Assembly (NCBI GenBank): GCA_964585635.1
Contig: CAZPEV010000003.1
Span: 10,597 to 51,293 of the forward strand
Direction: 5' to 3'
Source: an uncultured Ignavibacteriales bacterium
GTDB taxonomy: Bacteria; Zixibacteria; MSB-5A5; GN15; JAAZOE01
Length of the DNA stretch: 40,697 bases
Shown here: positions 24,384 through 33,581 of the stretch, in pieces
How the letters are laid out: every line of letters starts with the position of its first letter
How positions within the stretch are numbered: the stretch's first letter is position 1
Notes under the pieces: generated by a model
Seen by the model: only the letters and a program-made list of their open reading frames with translations
Told to the model about the DNA's origin: nothing
The model's database searches: none
Position numbers and translations under genes: made by a program

Positions 24384-25730
24384 CTAGTCGAGTAATATCC
24401 CCTTGATCGGCTGGCTGGCCCGATTGACCGCCGCCAGCGAAATCAGTGAGAGGGCTCTTCCTCCGGGAATGCGCAGCAGTTCACATCCGCCGCCCGGCAG
24501 GCCGTTGCCGGATATGTCGAAAACCAGCACCCGCAGACGATTGTTCAGGAAGAGATGCTCGAGGGCGACGCCCTCGCGATTGTACCCGGGATGAGGAACG
24601 AGCGTGCTGTCGGCGGCGTCAAAGACCGCCAGCACTCCCCCCAGCGGGGTTGTGGCGTTGGCCCACATCACCAGGGTATCGCCATATCGTCGCATCGAGC
24701 AGAGGACGATATCTCCCAGCGGTCGCGGGGGGGGGAGGGTGTCGCCGCGCATAATTCGGAGCAGGGAGACCACCGATTCGAGAACCAACGGTGTGCCGTC
24801 AGGGGCATACCCGAGGCGGAACCCATAGACGTTGCGACGTTCGGCGGCGTCGACCCCCTGGCGCAGAATCAGCTCCGCCAGCCGGGTGACGTCACCTTCT
24901 TGTCCGGGGAAACCGTTCTGGTCGACGTCGCCGGGGATGATCAGGTCGGCTGGCGACGGCAGGGGGCATTGCACCTGAATTCCACCGTTGATGAAATCCA
25001 CCGTCCGGCTGGTTGGGACGATGCGGTCGCCGGGGGGAAGAAACGGCGCGGCCGCTGTGGTGCCGGAGTCACTCGAGTATCGCCCGCTGACCGCGGCGGG
25101 GGATTGGGGGGCTGCGTCCAGCACCCGATTGACAAAGTTGGGAAGATGAGTTCGGCCGGTGAAGATGACGTTGTCGTCGAGAGCCTGCCAGACGAACTGC
25201 AGCGGCAAAAAGCGGCAGTTGACGGCGCGGTTAGCGGTTATCCTGAAGACGAGGCGAACCAGTTCGCCGTCGGCCGCGTCGCCGCCTTTTTGAATAATCG
25301 CCGAACGAGCATCTGCCTTTGTCTCGACCCGGAAGCAGCCGAAGGGATAGATCGCTTCACCCGGCCGGCGTTCGATCAAGCGCCAGGAGAAAGCTTGACG
25401 CCCATGACGCGACAGGACCTTACCCGGCTCGACCGATTCCAGGTGGAGGGCCACCGAATCATAGGCCAGACTGAACGTAAATCCGCGGATGTCCGCGTGG
25501 CCGGTGCGGGCAATGATCCCGACGGCGCGAAGTCCTCCCGGCGTTCCCCCTTGGACCCGTTCGATCGCGACGCGGTACGAAGAAGGGGCGGCGCTGTCTA
25601 CCGGGCGGGCCTGATTCTGGGCCGGAAGCGACGGGTAAAGGATACCGATCACCAGGCCCAGGGGCCAAAGATGCCTGGGAGACAGAGGGCCGCGTCGGTG
25701 TCCGGGTGCCGGGTGCGTAATGCATCGCAT
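24384..25730 (-). CDS. Secreted protein with a cohesin-like domain and one dockerin-like F-hand
   Basis: 448 aa. IRGFTFSLAYDSVALHLESVEPGKVL and GELVRLVFRITAN fit the cohesin pattern (x-F-x-L-x-YD...L...V-x-x-G). GDVDQNGFPGQEGDVTRLAELIL is dockerin-like. The opposite-strand 395-aa ORF is Arg/Gly/Asp-rich, which is typical of a shadow ORF. Confidence 0.6.
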   Translation of the reverse strand: MRCITHPAPGHRRGPLSPRHLWPLGLVIGILYPSLPAQNQARPVDSAAPSSYRVAIERVQGGTPGGLRAVGIIARTGHADIRGFTFSLAYDSVALHLESVEPGKVLSRHGRQAFSWRLIERRPGEAIYPFGCFRVETKADARSAIIQKGGDAADGELVRLVFRITANRAVNCRFLPLQFVWQALDDNVIFTGRTHLPNFVNRVLDAAPQSPAAVSGRYSSDSGTTAAAPFLPPGDRIVPTSRTVDFINGGIQVQCPLPSPADLIIPGDVDQNGFPGQEGDVTRLAELILRQGVDAAERRNVYGFRLGYAPDGTPLVLESVVSLLRIMRGDTLPPPRPLGDIVLCSMRRYGDTLVMWANATTPLGGVLAVFDAADSTLVPHPGYNREGVALEHLFLNNRLRVLVFDISGNGLPGGGCELLRIPGGRALSLISLAAVNRASQPIKGILLD

Positions 25731-25906
25731 GCCGATATATAGGCAATTTCCGGCCGGGGGACAATGCCGTATTCAAAGTTGCAGTCCCCATCGTGGAGCC
25801 GTCGATTGGTCATGGCCCGTTGCAAAAGAGGCCAATAATGGACACCGTGGTGCGTATTTGATGGCAGTCCTCCGCCCAAAGGCTGGAGCAATCGAACACA
25901 AAAGGG

Positions 25907-25935
25907 TTGAAAGCATAGCTCGAAGCGGTTACATT
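25907..25935 (+). promoter_or_regulatory. Possible promoter of the E1 gene
   Basis: TTGAAA (25907-25912), a 17-nt spacer, then TACATT (25930-25935). Confidence 0.35.
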
Positions 25936-25996
25936 GCAGCGATAGTCCGACAGGCAGTCCCATTCAAGGGATGTCGAATTTGCGAAGGAGACCGAC

Positions 25997-28291
25997 GTGG
26001 AGATAGTTACCCTAACACAGAAGTTGCGCACGTATAGCGGCAAGGTCGGGAGCCCCCAGGAGGACGACCAACCGCTGGCGGCCTATTCGGGACTTCGTCC
26101 CAGCGAACTGCGCCGGTTGTACGGCTCGATGCTCCTGGCGCGCCGCATCGAGCGCGAGGAGAAGCTGCTTTTGCGCAAGGGTCACTGCCGGTTTGTCATC
26201 GGCTGCGGCGGCAAAGAGATGATCGACGTCGTGGCGGCGTATCACCTGCGTCCCAAAGATCCTTTCTTCGGGTATTACCGGAACAAGGGGTTCGACATGC
26301 AGCGCGGGGTCTCGCTGGAAGAGAAGATGAAGGAAGCGATCGGCGACCGGCGTGGGCGAGCGGTGGGGGGAATGCTGCAGCCCTCGCATTCAGCCTATGC
26401 GGAATTGGAGATCTTGCCGCAGGCCTCGCCGACCGGGTCGCACGCCCTCGAGGCGGCCGGCCTTGGCTCGGCCATCGTTCATTCGGCGCCGATCAGCGCC
26501 CAGGCCATTTATCCCGGCGGGCGTTACCCGAAGGACGCCGTCGTCTACTGCGCCATCGGGGAGGGATCGACCTCGTCGCAGGAGTTCGGCCGGGCGGTTT
26601 TTTACTCAGTTTTCGATCATGCTCCCAATATCTATGCCATCTATAATTGCGGCTGGGCGATTTCGGTAGCGGTAGAGGAGCAGTTCATGGAGGGAAATCC
26701 CACGACGCCGTATGAGGGATATCAACGATTCGGCCTTAAGATCATGAGTTTCGACGGCACCGACATCAAGCAGTCATTGAAGCAGGTCAAGGAGGGAATC
26801 GACTACGCCCGTTCCGGCGCTGGCCCGGTCCTGATGAATATTCGTGTGACCCGGGAGGAGTCCCATTCCGGCTCCGACGACCAGTCGTTCTACATGGCGC
26901 CGGATATCAAGATGTGGCACATAGAAAACGACTGCACGCTGAAAACCGGCCAGGCATTTATCGAGGACGGGATTTTGACTCCCCGGCAAATCGGCGAAAT
27001 GTGGGACGAGATCGACGCCAGGGTGTCGGACGCGTCGGATAAGGCGGTCAAGGATTTCCACCCGAAGACCTATGACGGCATTATGTCGAAAGTTCTCAGT
27101 TGCACGTTCGCGGATATCAAGCGGCGCTGGGGCATGATTCTTCAGACCGGTGCGGTCGATCGCAAGGCGAAATTTGTCGAGTATGCCTCCCAGAAGTATT
27201 TTGCCAAGCCGGAGCCTCCCGAGACGCTCGGCCCGATGACGATGCGATCGGCGATCAATTACACGCTGTTCGAAATCTTGGAGCATTCTCCCGAGGCGCT
27301 GGTGTTCGGCGAGGACGTGGCCGATTTCTCGTGCGAGATACTTAATCATCCGGAGCAGATGGCGGGGCTGAAGGGAAAAGGGGGCGTCTTTCTGGTCACC
27401 AAGAATCTGCAGCGCCATTTCGGTCCCAAGCGATGCTTCAATACGCCGCTGGATGAAGCGGGAATCCTCGGCCGGGCAATCGGACACGCCTTGCAGGGTC
27501 GGCGGCCGTTGGCCGAAATTCAATTCATCGATTACATGTCACCGGCTTACCAGATCCTGAAAGATCGCATCTGCACGCTTCATCAGCGGTCCAATGGTCA
27601 GTGGACGGCTCCGATAGTCATCCGCTGCTCGTACGGCGGTTATAAGCAGGGGGCGGGATCGTTCTGGCACAGCGAGGCGAATATCGGGACCTTCGTCAAT
27701 ATCCCCGGTCTGCACGTCGTGGTGCCGTCGAACGCGTATGACGCGGCGGGCCTTCTGCGCACGGCCTACGCCTGCAACGATCCGGTGCTCTTCTGCGAGT
27801 CGGTGGCGCTATACAACCGCCGCGACTGGGAGGGGGTATCGGTCGAGAGCGAATATCCGCCCCCGGACCTGCTGATACCGTTCGGCGTCGCCAATGTCTA
27901 TCTTCCCGAGAATCATGACATCGCCATCATCACCTACGGCGCTACGGTCCATCTTGCCCGCAAATGCGCTGAAATTCTGAAGGAGCGAGGGATCGGCGTG
28001 CGGGTGGTCGACCTGCGGACGGTCAGACCCTTGGATGAGGAAACGATTCGCAAGACCGCCCAGGAGTGCGGCCGAGTTATCGTCCTGACTGAAGATCGCT
28101 TCTTTGGGGGCGCCGCCGCGACCATCTCGGCCGTGATCACCTCGAGCGATGCCATGACCTATTTGGAGAGTCCCGTCAAGCTCGTGACCGCAATCGACAG
28201 CCGGGTGGCCTATGGCGTCGATGGCGATGCGATCTGCCTTCCGACCACCCAGAAGGTTCTGGCGGCGGTCGACGAGATTTTGGCCTACTAA
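25997..28291 (+). CDS. Fused alpha/beta E1 component of a TPP-dependent 2-oxoacid dehydrogenase
   Basis: 764 aa with a GTG start after AAGGAG. The N-terminal half is E1-alpha-like. The C-terminal half is E1-beta/transketolase-like (FNTPLDEAGILGRAIG, IQFIDY, VVPSNAYDAAGLL). Confidence 0.85.
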   Translation: MEIVTLTQKLRTYSGKVGSPQEDDQPLAAYSGLRPSELRRLYGSMLLARRIEREEKLLLRKGHCRFVIGCGGKEMIDVVAAYHLRPKDPFFGYYRNKGFDMQRGVSLEEKMKEAIGDRRGRAVGGMLQPSHSAYAELEILPQASPTGSHALEAAGLGSAIVHSAPISAQAIYPGGRYPKDAVVYCAIGEGSTSSQEFGRAVFYSVFDHAPNIYAIYNCGWAISVAVEEQFMEGNPTTPYEGYQRFGLKIMSFDGTDIKQSLKQVKEGIDYARSGAGPVLMNIRVTREESHSGSDDQSFYMAPDIKMWHIENDCTLKTGQAFIEDGILTPRQIGEMWDEIDARVSDASDKAVKDFHPKTYDGIMSKVLSCTFADIKRRWGMILQTGAVDRKAKFVEYASQKYFAKPEPPETLGPMTMRSAINYTLFEILEHSPEALVFGEDVADFSCEILNHPEQMAGLKGKGGVFLVTKNLQRHFGPKRCFNTPLDEAGILGRAIGHALQGRRPLAEIQFIDYMSPAYQILKDRICTLHQRSNGQWTAPIVIRCSYGGYKQGAGSFWHSEANIGTFVNIPGLHVVVPSNAYDAAGLLRTAYACNDPVLFCESVALYNRRDWEGVSVESEYPPPDLLIPFGVANVYLPENHDIAIITYGATVHLARKCAEILKERGIGVRVVDLRTVRPLDEETIRKTAQECGRVIVLTEDRFFGGAAATISAVITSSDAMTYLESPVKLVTAIDSRVAYGVDGDAICLPTTQKVLAAVDEILAY

Positions 28292-28400
28292 TCGGGCGGA
28301 AGCACCAGATCCCGATGCCCCGGACGATATCGATCGGGCCTTTTTATTGCTACCACGGCCATTATTTGGTATATGGTGCCTCCGAAGGCTGGTATAACGG

Positions 28401-29558
28401 GTGGATATGATTAAGACCGCTGCCGTCATGATTGCGGCCATGCTGCCTCTGTGGGGCGCGGCGGCGTCCGCGGAAGACGCCGTAAGCGTTGAGCCGTCAC
28501 TTTACCTGGGGCTGGCGGTTCCGATTCCCGATTCGGTTCCGGCGATGATCCTCGTCCCCTCTGCCGGGGGGGCCGTTCCCAACGGTTCCTATCCGGCGGT
28601 GCTCCTGGTAAAGAAGAACGGCAAAATCAAAAAGGTGTTGGCCGGTCCGGATTCGACCCGCTTTTATGAGCCGCTGACGGCGATTTCCAATAAGATTCGC
28701 TGTCGCTTCTTGAGGGGGCGAAAGCTCCATTTTCCGGTGGCCGTACCAGTGCGGCTGGAGTTTTCCAACAATGGCGGCAGTCAGAAGGCTGCCCTCCGTT
28801 TTCCGATTTCGACCGATTTGGTTTCCGATACGATGCTTCTCTTCGAGTTTTACGAACGTAACCGAGTGACGCCGCCATCCGTGACCATCATGCCGTCGCT
28901 TTTTTACCGTTTTGACCATACCGGGAAGGAACCGGTTTGCCTTACCATGACCGCCCATATGGCCCTGGATGAAGGGGGGAGGTTGGTCGATCTCTCTTTC
29001 CCAGGCGGGGCGCCAGGCTCGATGAATCATCAGGTGCAGGTGGCCTTGATGAATGCGGCCTTTGCCCCCGCATCGCTGGACGGCCGCGGCTGGCCCTGTG
29101 AATTCTGGGTGACTTTTCGGTTGTTCGACAACGTCAGGTATCCGTTCACGCCGTCGGCGCCGACGGACACAACCCGGACGCCATCCGTCACCGAGCGATT
29201 TGTCATGACCCGCTATTTCAATCCCCGCGATATATCCATCTGTCCCCTGCCCCGCCGCTATCCGTCCGGTATTATCCTGACCTCGGAGAACTTGTATGGA
29301 GCCCGCGGCACGGTGCGGGCCTTGGTACAAATCGATTCTGAGGGAGAGGTCAGCGGCATTTCGATTGCCGGCGCTTCCACGAGGCTGACGCAGGCTGCGC
29401 GAAAGGCAGTCAAGTTGACGCAGTGGTATCCGGCCGTCGGCCCAACCGGGGAAAGAGAGTCATTTTCCGGCGCGATCACGCTGGAGCTGGACGGATCGGC
29501 ACAGGTCGTATATATCCCCGAATGGGTGTCCGTTTGGCGCATTTTATGCGGGCTGTAA
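28401..29558 (+). CDS. Secreted hypothetical protein with TonB-C-terminal-like segment(s)
   Basis: 385 aa with a signal peptide (AAASAEDA); the start may be the ATG at 28407. The C-terminus GTVRALVQIDSEGEVSGISIAGASTRLTQAARKAVKLTQWYPA resembles the TonB_C fold signature. Confidence 0.55.
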   Translation: MDMIKTAAVMIAAMLPLWGAAASAEDAVSVEPSLYLGLAVPIPDSVPAMILVPSAGGAVPNGSYPAVLLVKKNGKIKKVLAGPDSTRFYEPLTAISNKIRCRFLRGRKLHFPVAVPVRLEFSNNGGSQKAALRFPISTDLVSDTMLLFEFYERNRVTPPSVTIMPSLFYRFDHTGKEPVCLTMTAHMALDEGGRLVDLSFPGGAPGSMNHQVQVALMNAAFAPASLDGRGWPCEFWVTFRLFDNVRYPFTPSAPTDTTRTPSVTERFVMTRYFNPRDISICPLPRRYPSGIILTSENLYGARGTVRALVQIDSEGEVSGISIAGASTRLTQAARKAVKLTQWYPAVGPTGERESFSGAITLELDGSAQVVYIPEWVSVWRILCGL

Positions 29559-29680
29559 TGTGTTGCGGGGTGTAGCGTTACGATTTCAATGAACAAATTG
29601 TGCGGGATTTTGGTTGAAATATATGGAGGAGTGGGGAGGATGTGTCAAGGAGGTGGTAAGGTGTTGTTTTACTGAAGGTT

Positions 29681-29701
29681 ATGAATCAATAATGGATTCA
29701 T
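29681..29701. promoter_or_regulatory. Palindromic operator candidate, ATGAATC-N7-GATTCAT
   Basis: A perfect 7-bp inverted repeat around AATAATG sits in an AT/GT-rich spacer upstream of the Ton cluster. It loosely resembles an AT-rich Fur-type box. Confidence 0.25.
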
Positions 29702-29787
29702 TAGCGGCACAGTTTTTGATTAGGGGAGGGAAACCATTGAGTGTTATGGGAAGAATCGGTCAAGTTCGTGGTAGAAAAGAATAGAAG

Positions 29788-30045
29788 ATGAGGTTGCAGC
29801 ATTATGTAAATATGGCCACGGCGCTGCTTGTGTTCCTGGGTGGCCTGGGGATTGTGTTCTACTTCCCGGATCGTCTGGCCATGCAGTACCGGGTGCTGAT
29901 CGGAGTTTTTGTGACGTTTTACTTTCTTTTACGGGTGGGCCAGAATCTGCTTGCGATCCAGCGGGATCGCCGGAAAGCGGAGCATGAACTCAAGGGTCTG
30001 GCAGGCGAGGAAATGGACGAATCGACCGGGGCAAAAAGGACTTGA
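29788..30045 (+). CDS. Small hypothetical two-TM membrane protein
   Basis: 85-aa ORF with two hydrophobic helices and a charged tail. The RBS is weak. Confidence 0.45.
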   Translation: MRLQHYVNMATALLVFLGGLGIVFYFPDRLAMQYRVLIGVFVTFYFLLRVGQNLLAIQRDRRKAEHELKGLAGEEMDESTGAKRT

Positions 30046-30069
30046 CATCGTGGGCGCAAGGCGTATTAT
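30042..30069 (+). promoter_or_regulatory. Predicted promoter of the TPR-exbBD-tonB cluster
   Basis: TTGACA (30042-30047), a 16-nt spacer, then TATTAT (30064-30069). Confidence 0.55.
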
Positions 30070-30113
30070 GATGATTTGGTTTTCGTTTGGCCATGAAAGG
30101 TGTGGCGGGTGAG

Positions 30114-31916
30114 ATGAGCGACAAGCGATTGAACGGGCGGCTCTTGGGGATGTTGCTTTGGCTGCTGGCGGGATTGGTTATGTCGGCGGCGGCATATGAT
30201 TTGCCCGTGGAGATAACGAATGCGTTGAGCCGTCACGATACGACCGCGGTCTTGGGGCAGATTGACGCGGCCATCAAGATTGACCCGACCTATGCGCCTT
30301 ATTTTTTGATCAAAGGACAGATTTATTATGCCCGGGGGAAATATCCTGAGGCATTGGCGCAGTTTGAAGAAGCCGTCAAGAAGAAACCGAAGCTGGATGA
30401 GGCCGCCTATTACCAGGGATTGGTGCTCCTGGAGCAGGGGAAGCTGACCGAGGCTGAAAAGATATTTGATGAGGGAATCAAGAAGGCCAAGGAGCAGAAG
30501 GCGCGGTTCCATAATGGCATGGGGTTGCTGCTGATCAAGCGCCAGGAGTATGCCAAGGCCGACGTGGAGTTCCGCAAAGCGATTCAGGTCGGTCCCGATC
30601 AGGCCGAGTTTCACGCCAACCTGGGTGACGCCAATTATTACGCCAAGATTTACCCGCTGGCCATCAGCGAATACAACTCCGTCATCGGCATGGACACGAC
30701 CTTTTTGGACGTCTATTTCCGGCTGGCGCGGGCCTATGTTGCCCAGAACCAGTATAATGAAGCGGTGGACCAGTTGCGCATCGTATTGACGCGCGACAGC
30801 CTGTATACCAACGCCTGGCAGGAAATCGGCAAGCTGTACACGCTGGCGGGGCTGTCGGCGCGCGATGCCGAGACCAAGGAACAGCGCTTCAAGGAAGCGA
30901 TCGGCTCCTATCGCAGATATCTGGAGCTATCCCGGGATTCGGCTGACGGCGAGGTTTTTTTCAATTTGGGCCGGGCCTATTTCAACCTGGGCGGGTATCC
31001 GCAGGCGGACACGGCCTTCCAGCGGGTGCTCTCGCTGGGAAACACGCCGGCCAATATCAATCTGTACCTGGGACGGACCAAGATCGGCGAGGAGAAATAT
31101 ACCGAGGGTATCGAGTTGCTCCAAAGGCATCTGGAGCAGTTGCGGGCCAAAGACCCCGGGTACGTGTTTACGGGCGAGGACGCCGATATCTTCCGGCGCA
31201 TGGCCGACGGCTACAAGGCGATGCAGGATTATGCCAACGCCGCGGATAATTATGCCAAGGCCTTTGCCCTCGATTCGACGAACCCCCGGGTGGCGGTCGA
31301 CGCGGCCCTGGCGTTTCACCAGTTGAAGAACTATCCGGAGGCGCTCAAGTACTATGAAAAGCGGATCGCGTTGGGGCCGGACGCCTGGAATATGTTCCTC
31401 AACGCGGCTTATTGCACGCTGGCTTTGGAGGATTATCCCAAATCGGCGGAGTATCTCAAACGGGTCATAGCCCTTGATTCCATGAATGTCAAGGCGTTGA
31501 CCCTGTTGTCGAATACCTATCTGTATCAGATGCAGAATTGCGATGAGGGGATTGCCTGGACCAAGAAGTTGCTGGAGATCGACTCGACCAACTGCGATGC
31601 TATCAAGGGCTTGGGATTCGCCTATTTCAGCGACAACATCTGCCAACCGGATTATCTGAAGGCGATTTCATATTTTACCCGGGCGTTGAGTTGCTATCGC
31701 GCCGCCGGCAGCGACAATTGCAGCCATAGCGACCTGTTGCTGTTTATCGCCCAGGCGGATCAAATGTACGGCATCAAGATGGACGAGGTTGGCAATAAAC
31801 CGGAAAAGAAGAAATACATGAAGGAAGCCTTCGACGGCTATAAGCTGGTGCTAAAGTGCGATCCCGGTAATGCCAGCGCCCAAAAGGGGAAAAAGGACAC
31901 CGAGTTTGAATTCTAA
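30114..31916 (+). CDS. Secreted TPR-repeat protein
   Basis: The ORF opens at 30087. The ATG at 30114 gives a canonical signal peptide (MSDKRLNGRLLGMLLWLLAGLVMSAAA). Many 34-residue TPR-like repeats follow (A..Y..A...DP......LG..Y). Confidence 0.8.
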   Translation: MSDKRLNGRLLGMLLWLLAGLVMSAAAYDLPVEITNALSRHDTTAVLGQIDAAIKIDPTYAPYFLIKGQIYYARGKYPEALAQFEEAVKKKPKLDEAAYYQGLVLLEQGKLTEAEKIFDEGIKKAKEQKARFHNGMGLLLIKRQEYAKADVEFRKAIQVGPDQAEFHANLGDANYYAKIYPLAISEYNSVIGMDTTFLDVYFRLARAYVAQNQYNEAVDQLRIVLTRDSLYTNAWQEIGKLYTLAGLSARDAETKEQRFKEAIGSYRRYLELSRDSADGEVFFNLGRAYFNLGGYPQADTAFQRVLSLGNTPANINLYLGRTKIGEEKYTEGIELLQRHLEQLRAKDPGYVFTGEDADIFRRMADGYKAMQDYANAADNYAKAFALDSTNPRVAVDAALAFHQLKNYPEALKYYEKRIALGPDAWNMFLNAAYCTLALEDYPKSAEYLKRVIALDSMNVKALTLLSNTYLYQMQNCDEGIAWTKKLLEIDSTNCDAIKGLGFAYFSDNICQPDYLKAISYFTRALSCYRAAGSDNCSHSDLLLFIAQADQMYGIKMDEVGNKPEKKKYMKEAFDGYKLVLKCDPGNASAQKGKKDTEFEF

Positions 31917-31964
31917 CTACCTGGGCAAGCTTGGTGTCGGAGACTTGTGGTAACAGGAGAATGT

Positions 31965-32780
31965 ATGGCTGAGGGAGATAACAAGACACGCGCGGTCAAC
32001 TACAGCGACGAGCGGTTCAAGTATATCGGTTTTGAGGTGTTTCCCGGTAAGGCGGGCGACATCTTCAAATCGGATGAAGAACGGAAATCGCTCGTGGCCA
32101 AGGTCATGGCCAAGTTTGGTCACAGCGAGAGCGAGGTCCGGGACCGGTGTACCCTGATGGAAGCGAGAGTGACCAAGACGGAACGGGGAGTTTTGACGCT
32201 GGCGGCGGTGCTGATGCTGGTGGCGCTTTTTATTCCCTGCTTCTCGGGGTATTTTGAAATCGTCAACGTCAAGCAGGTTCCGGTGGAAGCGCCGGCGGCC
32301 GAGGCGGCCGTCCCGGGAGTTCCCGTGGAGATGACCACGGTGACGACCGTTTCCCACGATAATCGTTCGCTGACCGGCATCGGCGCCCTCATCGGCCTCG
32401 GCACCTTCGGCGGGATGGTTTTCTCCGGCGGATTCGCCCTGATGCTGACCGGCCTGCTGTTGCTCCTGTACCTTTTGAGCTGTGTCGCCCTGGGCTTATT
32501 CAACCTGCATATTCTGTACCGGGTAAAGATTCCCGATCCCGACGCCTACGTCCTGTACTTGAAGAAGATGCTTCGGTACAACTGGATTCCGGTTCTCATC
32601 TGGCTGGCCATGCTGCTCTTGTCGATCGTGGGGGCCTCCTATGGATTCAATCCCAAGGGGATGGTTAAGCAGGTGGGTGATTCGTACGGGATGGGGGCCT
32701 TCATCGGCCTGTCTTCTTTCGGCATATATCTGTCGCTGGGTGGATTCTTGATTGCGTCCCTCAAGGGCAAGGAAATTTAG
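31965..32780 (+). CDS. Hypothetical polytopic membrane protein
   Basis: An ATG at 31965 follows GGAGA. A soluble N-terminal region of about 65 aa is followed by 4-5 TM helices. It sits between the TPR gene and exbB. I recognise no family. Confidence 0.65.
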   Translation: MAEGDNKTRAVNYSDERFKYIGFEVFPGKAGDIFKSDEERKSLVAKVMAKFGHSESEVRDRCTLMEARVTKTERGVLTLAAVLMLVALFIPCFSGYFEIVNVKQVPVEAPAAEAAVPGVPVEMTTVTTVSHDNRSLTGIGALIGLGTFGGMVFSGGFALMLTGLLLLLYLLSCVALGLFNLHILYRVKIPDPDAYVLYLKKMLRYNWIPVLIWLAMLLLSIVGASYGFNPKGMVKQVGDSYGMGAFIGLSSFGIYLSLGGFLIASLKGKEI

Positions 32781-32822
32781 ACTGATAGATAGACACAAAT
32801 AGATAGCGGAGGAGTTGAAAAG

Positions 32823-33581
32823 GTGAAACAGACAATTTTCGTCACGGTGAACACGCTGGTTTCCTTTTGTATCGGCTATGTCGTTTGGGGAATCATCCTG
32901 AAGGGCACGCAGGAAGGGACGATTGCGCATTCAGTGTACAAGGGCGGCCCGCTGGTGGTCATCCTGATCGCGGTCCTGTTGATGTTGATCGCCTTCGTGG
33001 TGGAGCGTTTTTTGTCGCTGCGGACGGCCAAGGGCAGCAGTTCGGTGCAGGTCTTTTTCAAGAACCTGATCACCCATTTGCAGGGCAACGATTTTGAGTC
33101 GGCGCTGGCGGCCTGCGACAAACAGCGCGGGACGACGGCCAACGTGTTGCGGGCGGGTATCGAGCGTTACATGCGGGTGAAAGACGATAAGGCGATGGAT
33201 CTGGAAAAGCGGATGGCCGCGACCCAGACCGCCATCGAAGAAGCCAACGCCCTGGAAGGACCGCTCTTGGAACGGAATTTGATTGCGTTGTCGACGATCG
33301 CCTCGATCGCCACTATGATCGGTCTGTTGGGAACGACGATCGGCATGATCCGCGCCTTTGCGGCTACCGGTCATACGGCCGGCGGCGTGATCGACGCCCA
33401 GCAGTTGGCGACCGGCATTTCCGAGGCGCTGGTGAACACCGCCGGCGGGCTGATCTCCGGTATCACGGGGATTTTCTTCTACAACTTCTTTGTCAATAAG
33501 GTCGACGCCTTCAACTATACCACCGACGAAGCCACCTATGAAGTGATGCAGTTGTTGAAGGCCAAGGAGGCGGCAAAGTAG
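32823..33581 (+). CDS. exbB: MotA/TolQ/ExbB proton-channel protein
   Basis: 252 aa with three TM helices. The motifs LLGTTIGMIRAF and GISEALVNTAGGL are typical of ExbB/TolQ. Confidence 0.88.
   Translation: MKQTIFVTVNTLVSFCIGYVVWGIILKGTQEGTIAHSVYKGGPLVVILIAVLLMLIAFVVERFLSLRTAKGSSSVQVFFKNLITHLQGNDFESALAACDKQRGTTANVLRAGIERYMRVKDDKAMDLEKRMAATQTAIEEANALEGPLLERNLIALSTIASIATMIGLLGTTIGMIRAFAATGHTAGGVIDAQQLATGISEALVNTAGGLISGITGIFFYNFFVNKVDAFNYTTDEATYEVMQLLKAKEAAK

Noticed and set aside
24555-25742. 395-aa plus-strand ORF
   Set aside because: It is antisense to the cohesin-like gene. Its product is Arg/Gly/Asp-rich and lacks a signal peptide or domain-like patterns, whereas the minus-strand product has both.
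30927-31646. 239-aa minus-strand ORF inside the TPR gene
   Set aside because: It is antisense to a frame with clear TPR periodicity and a signal peptide. It is a shadow ORF.
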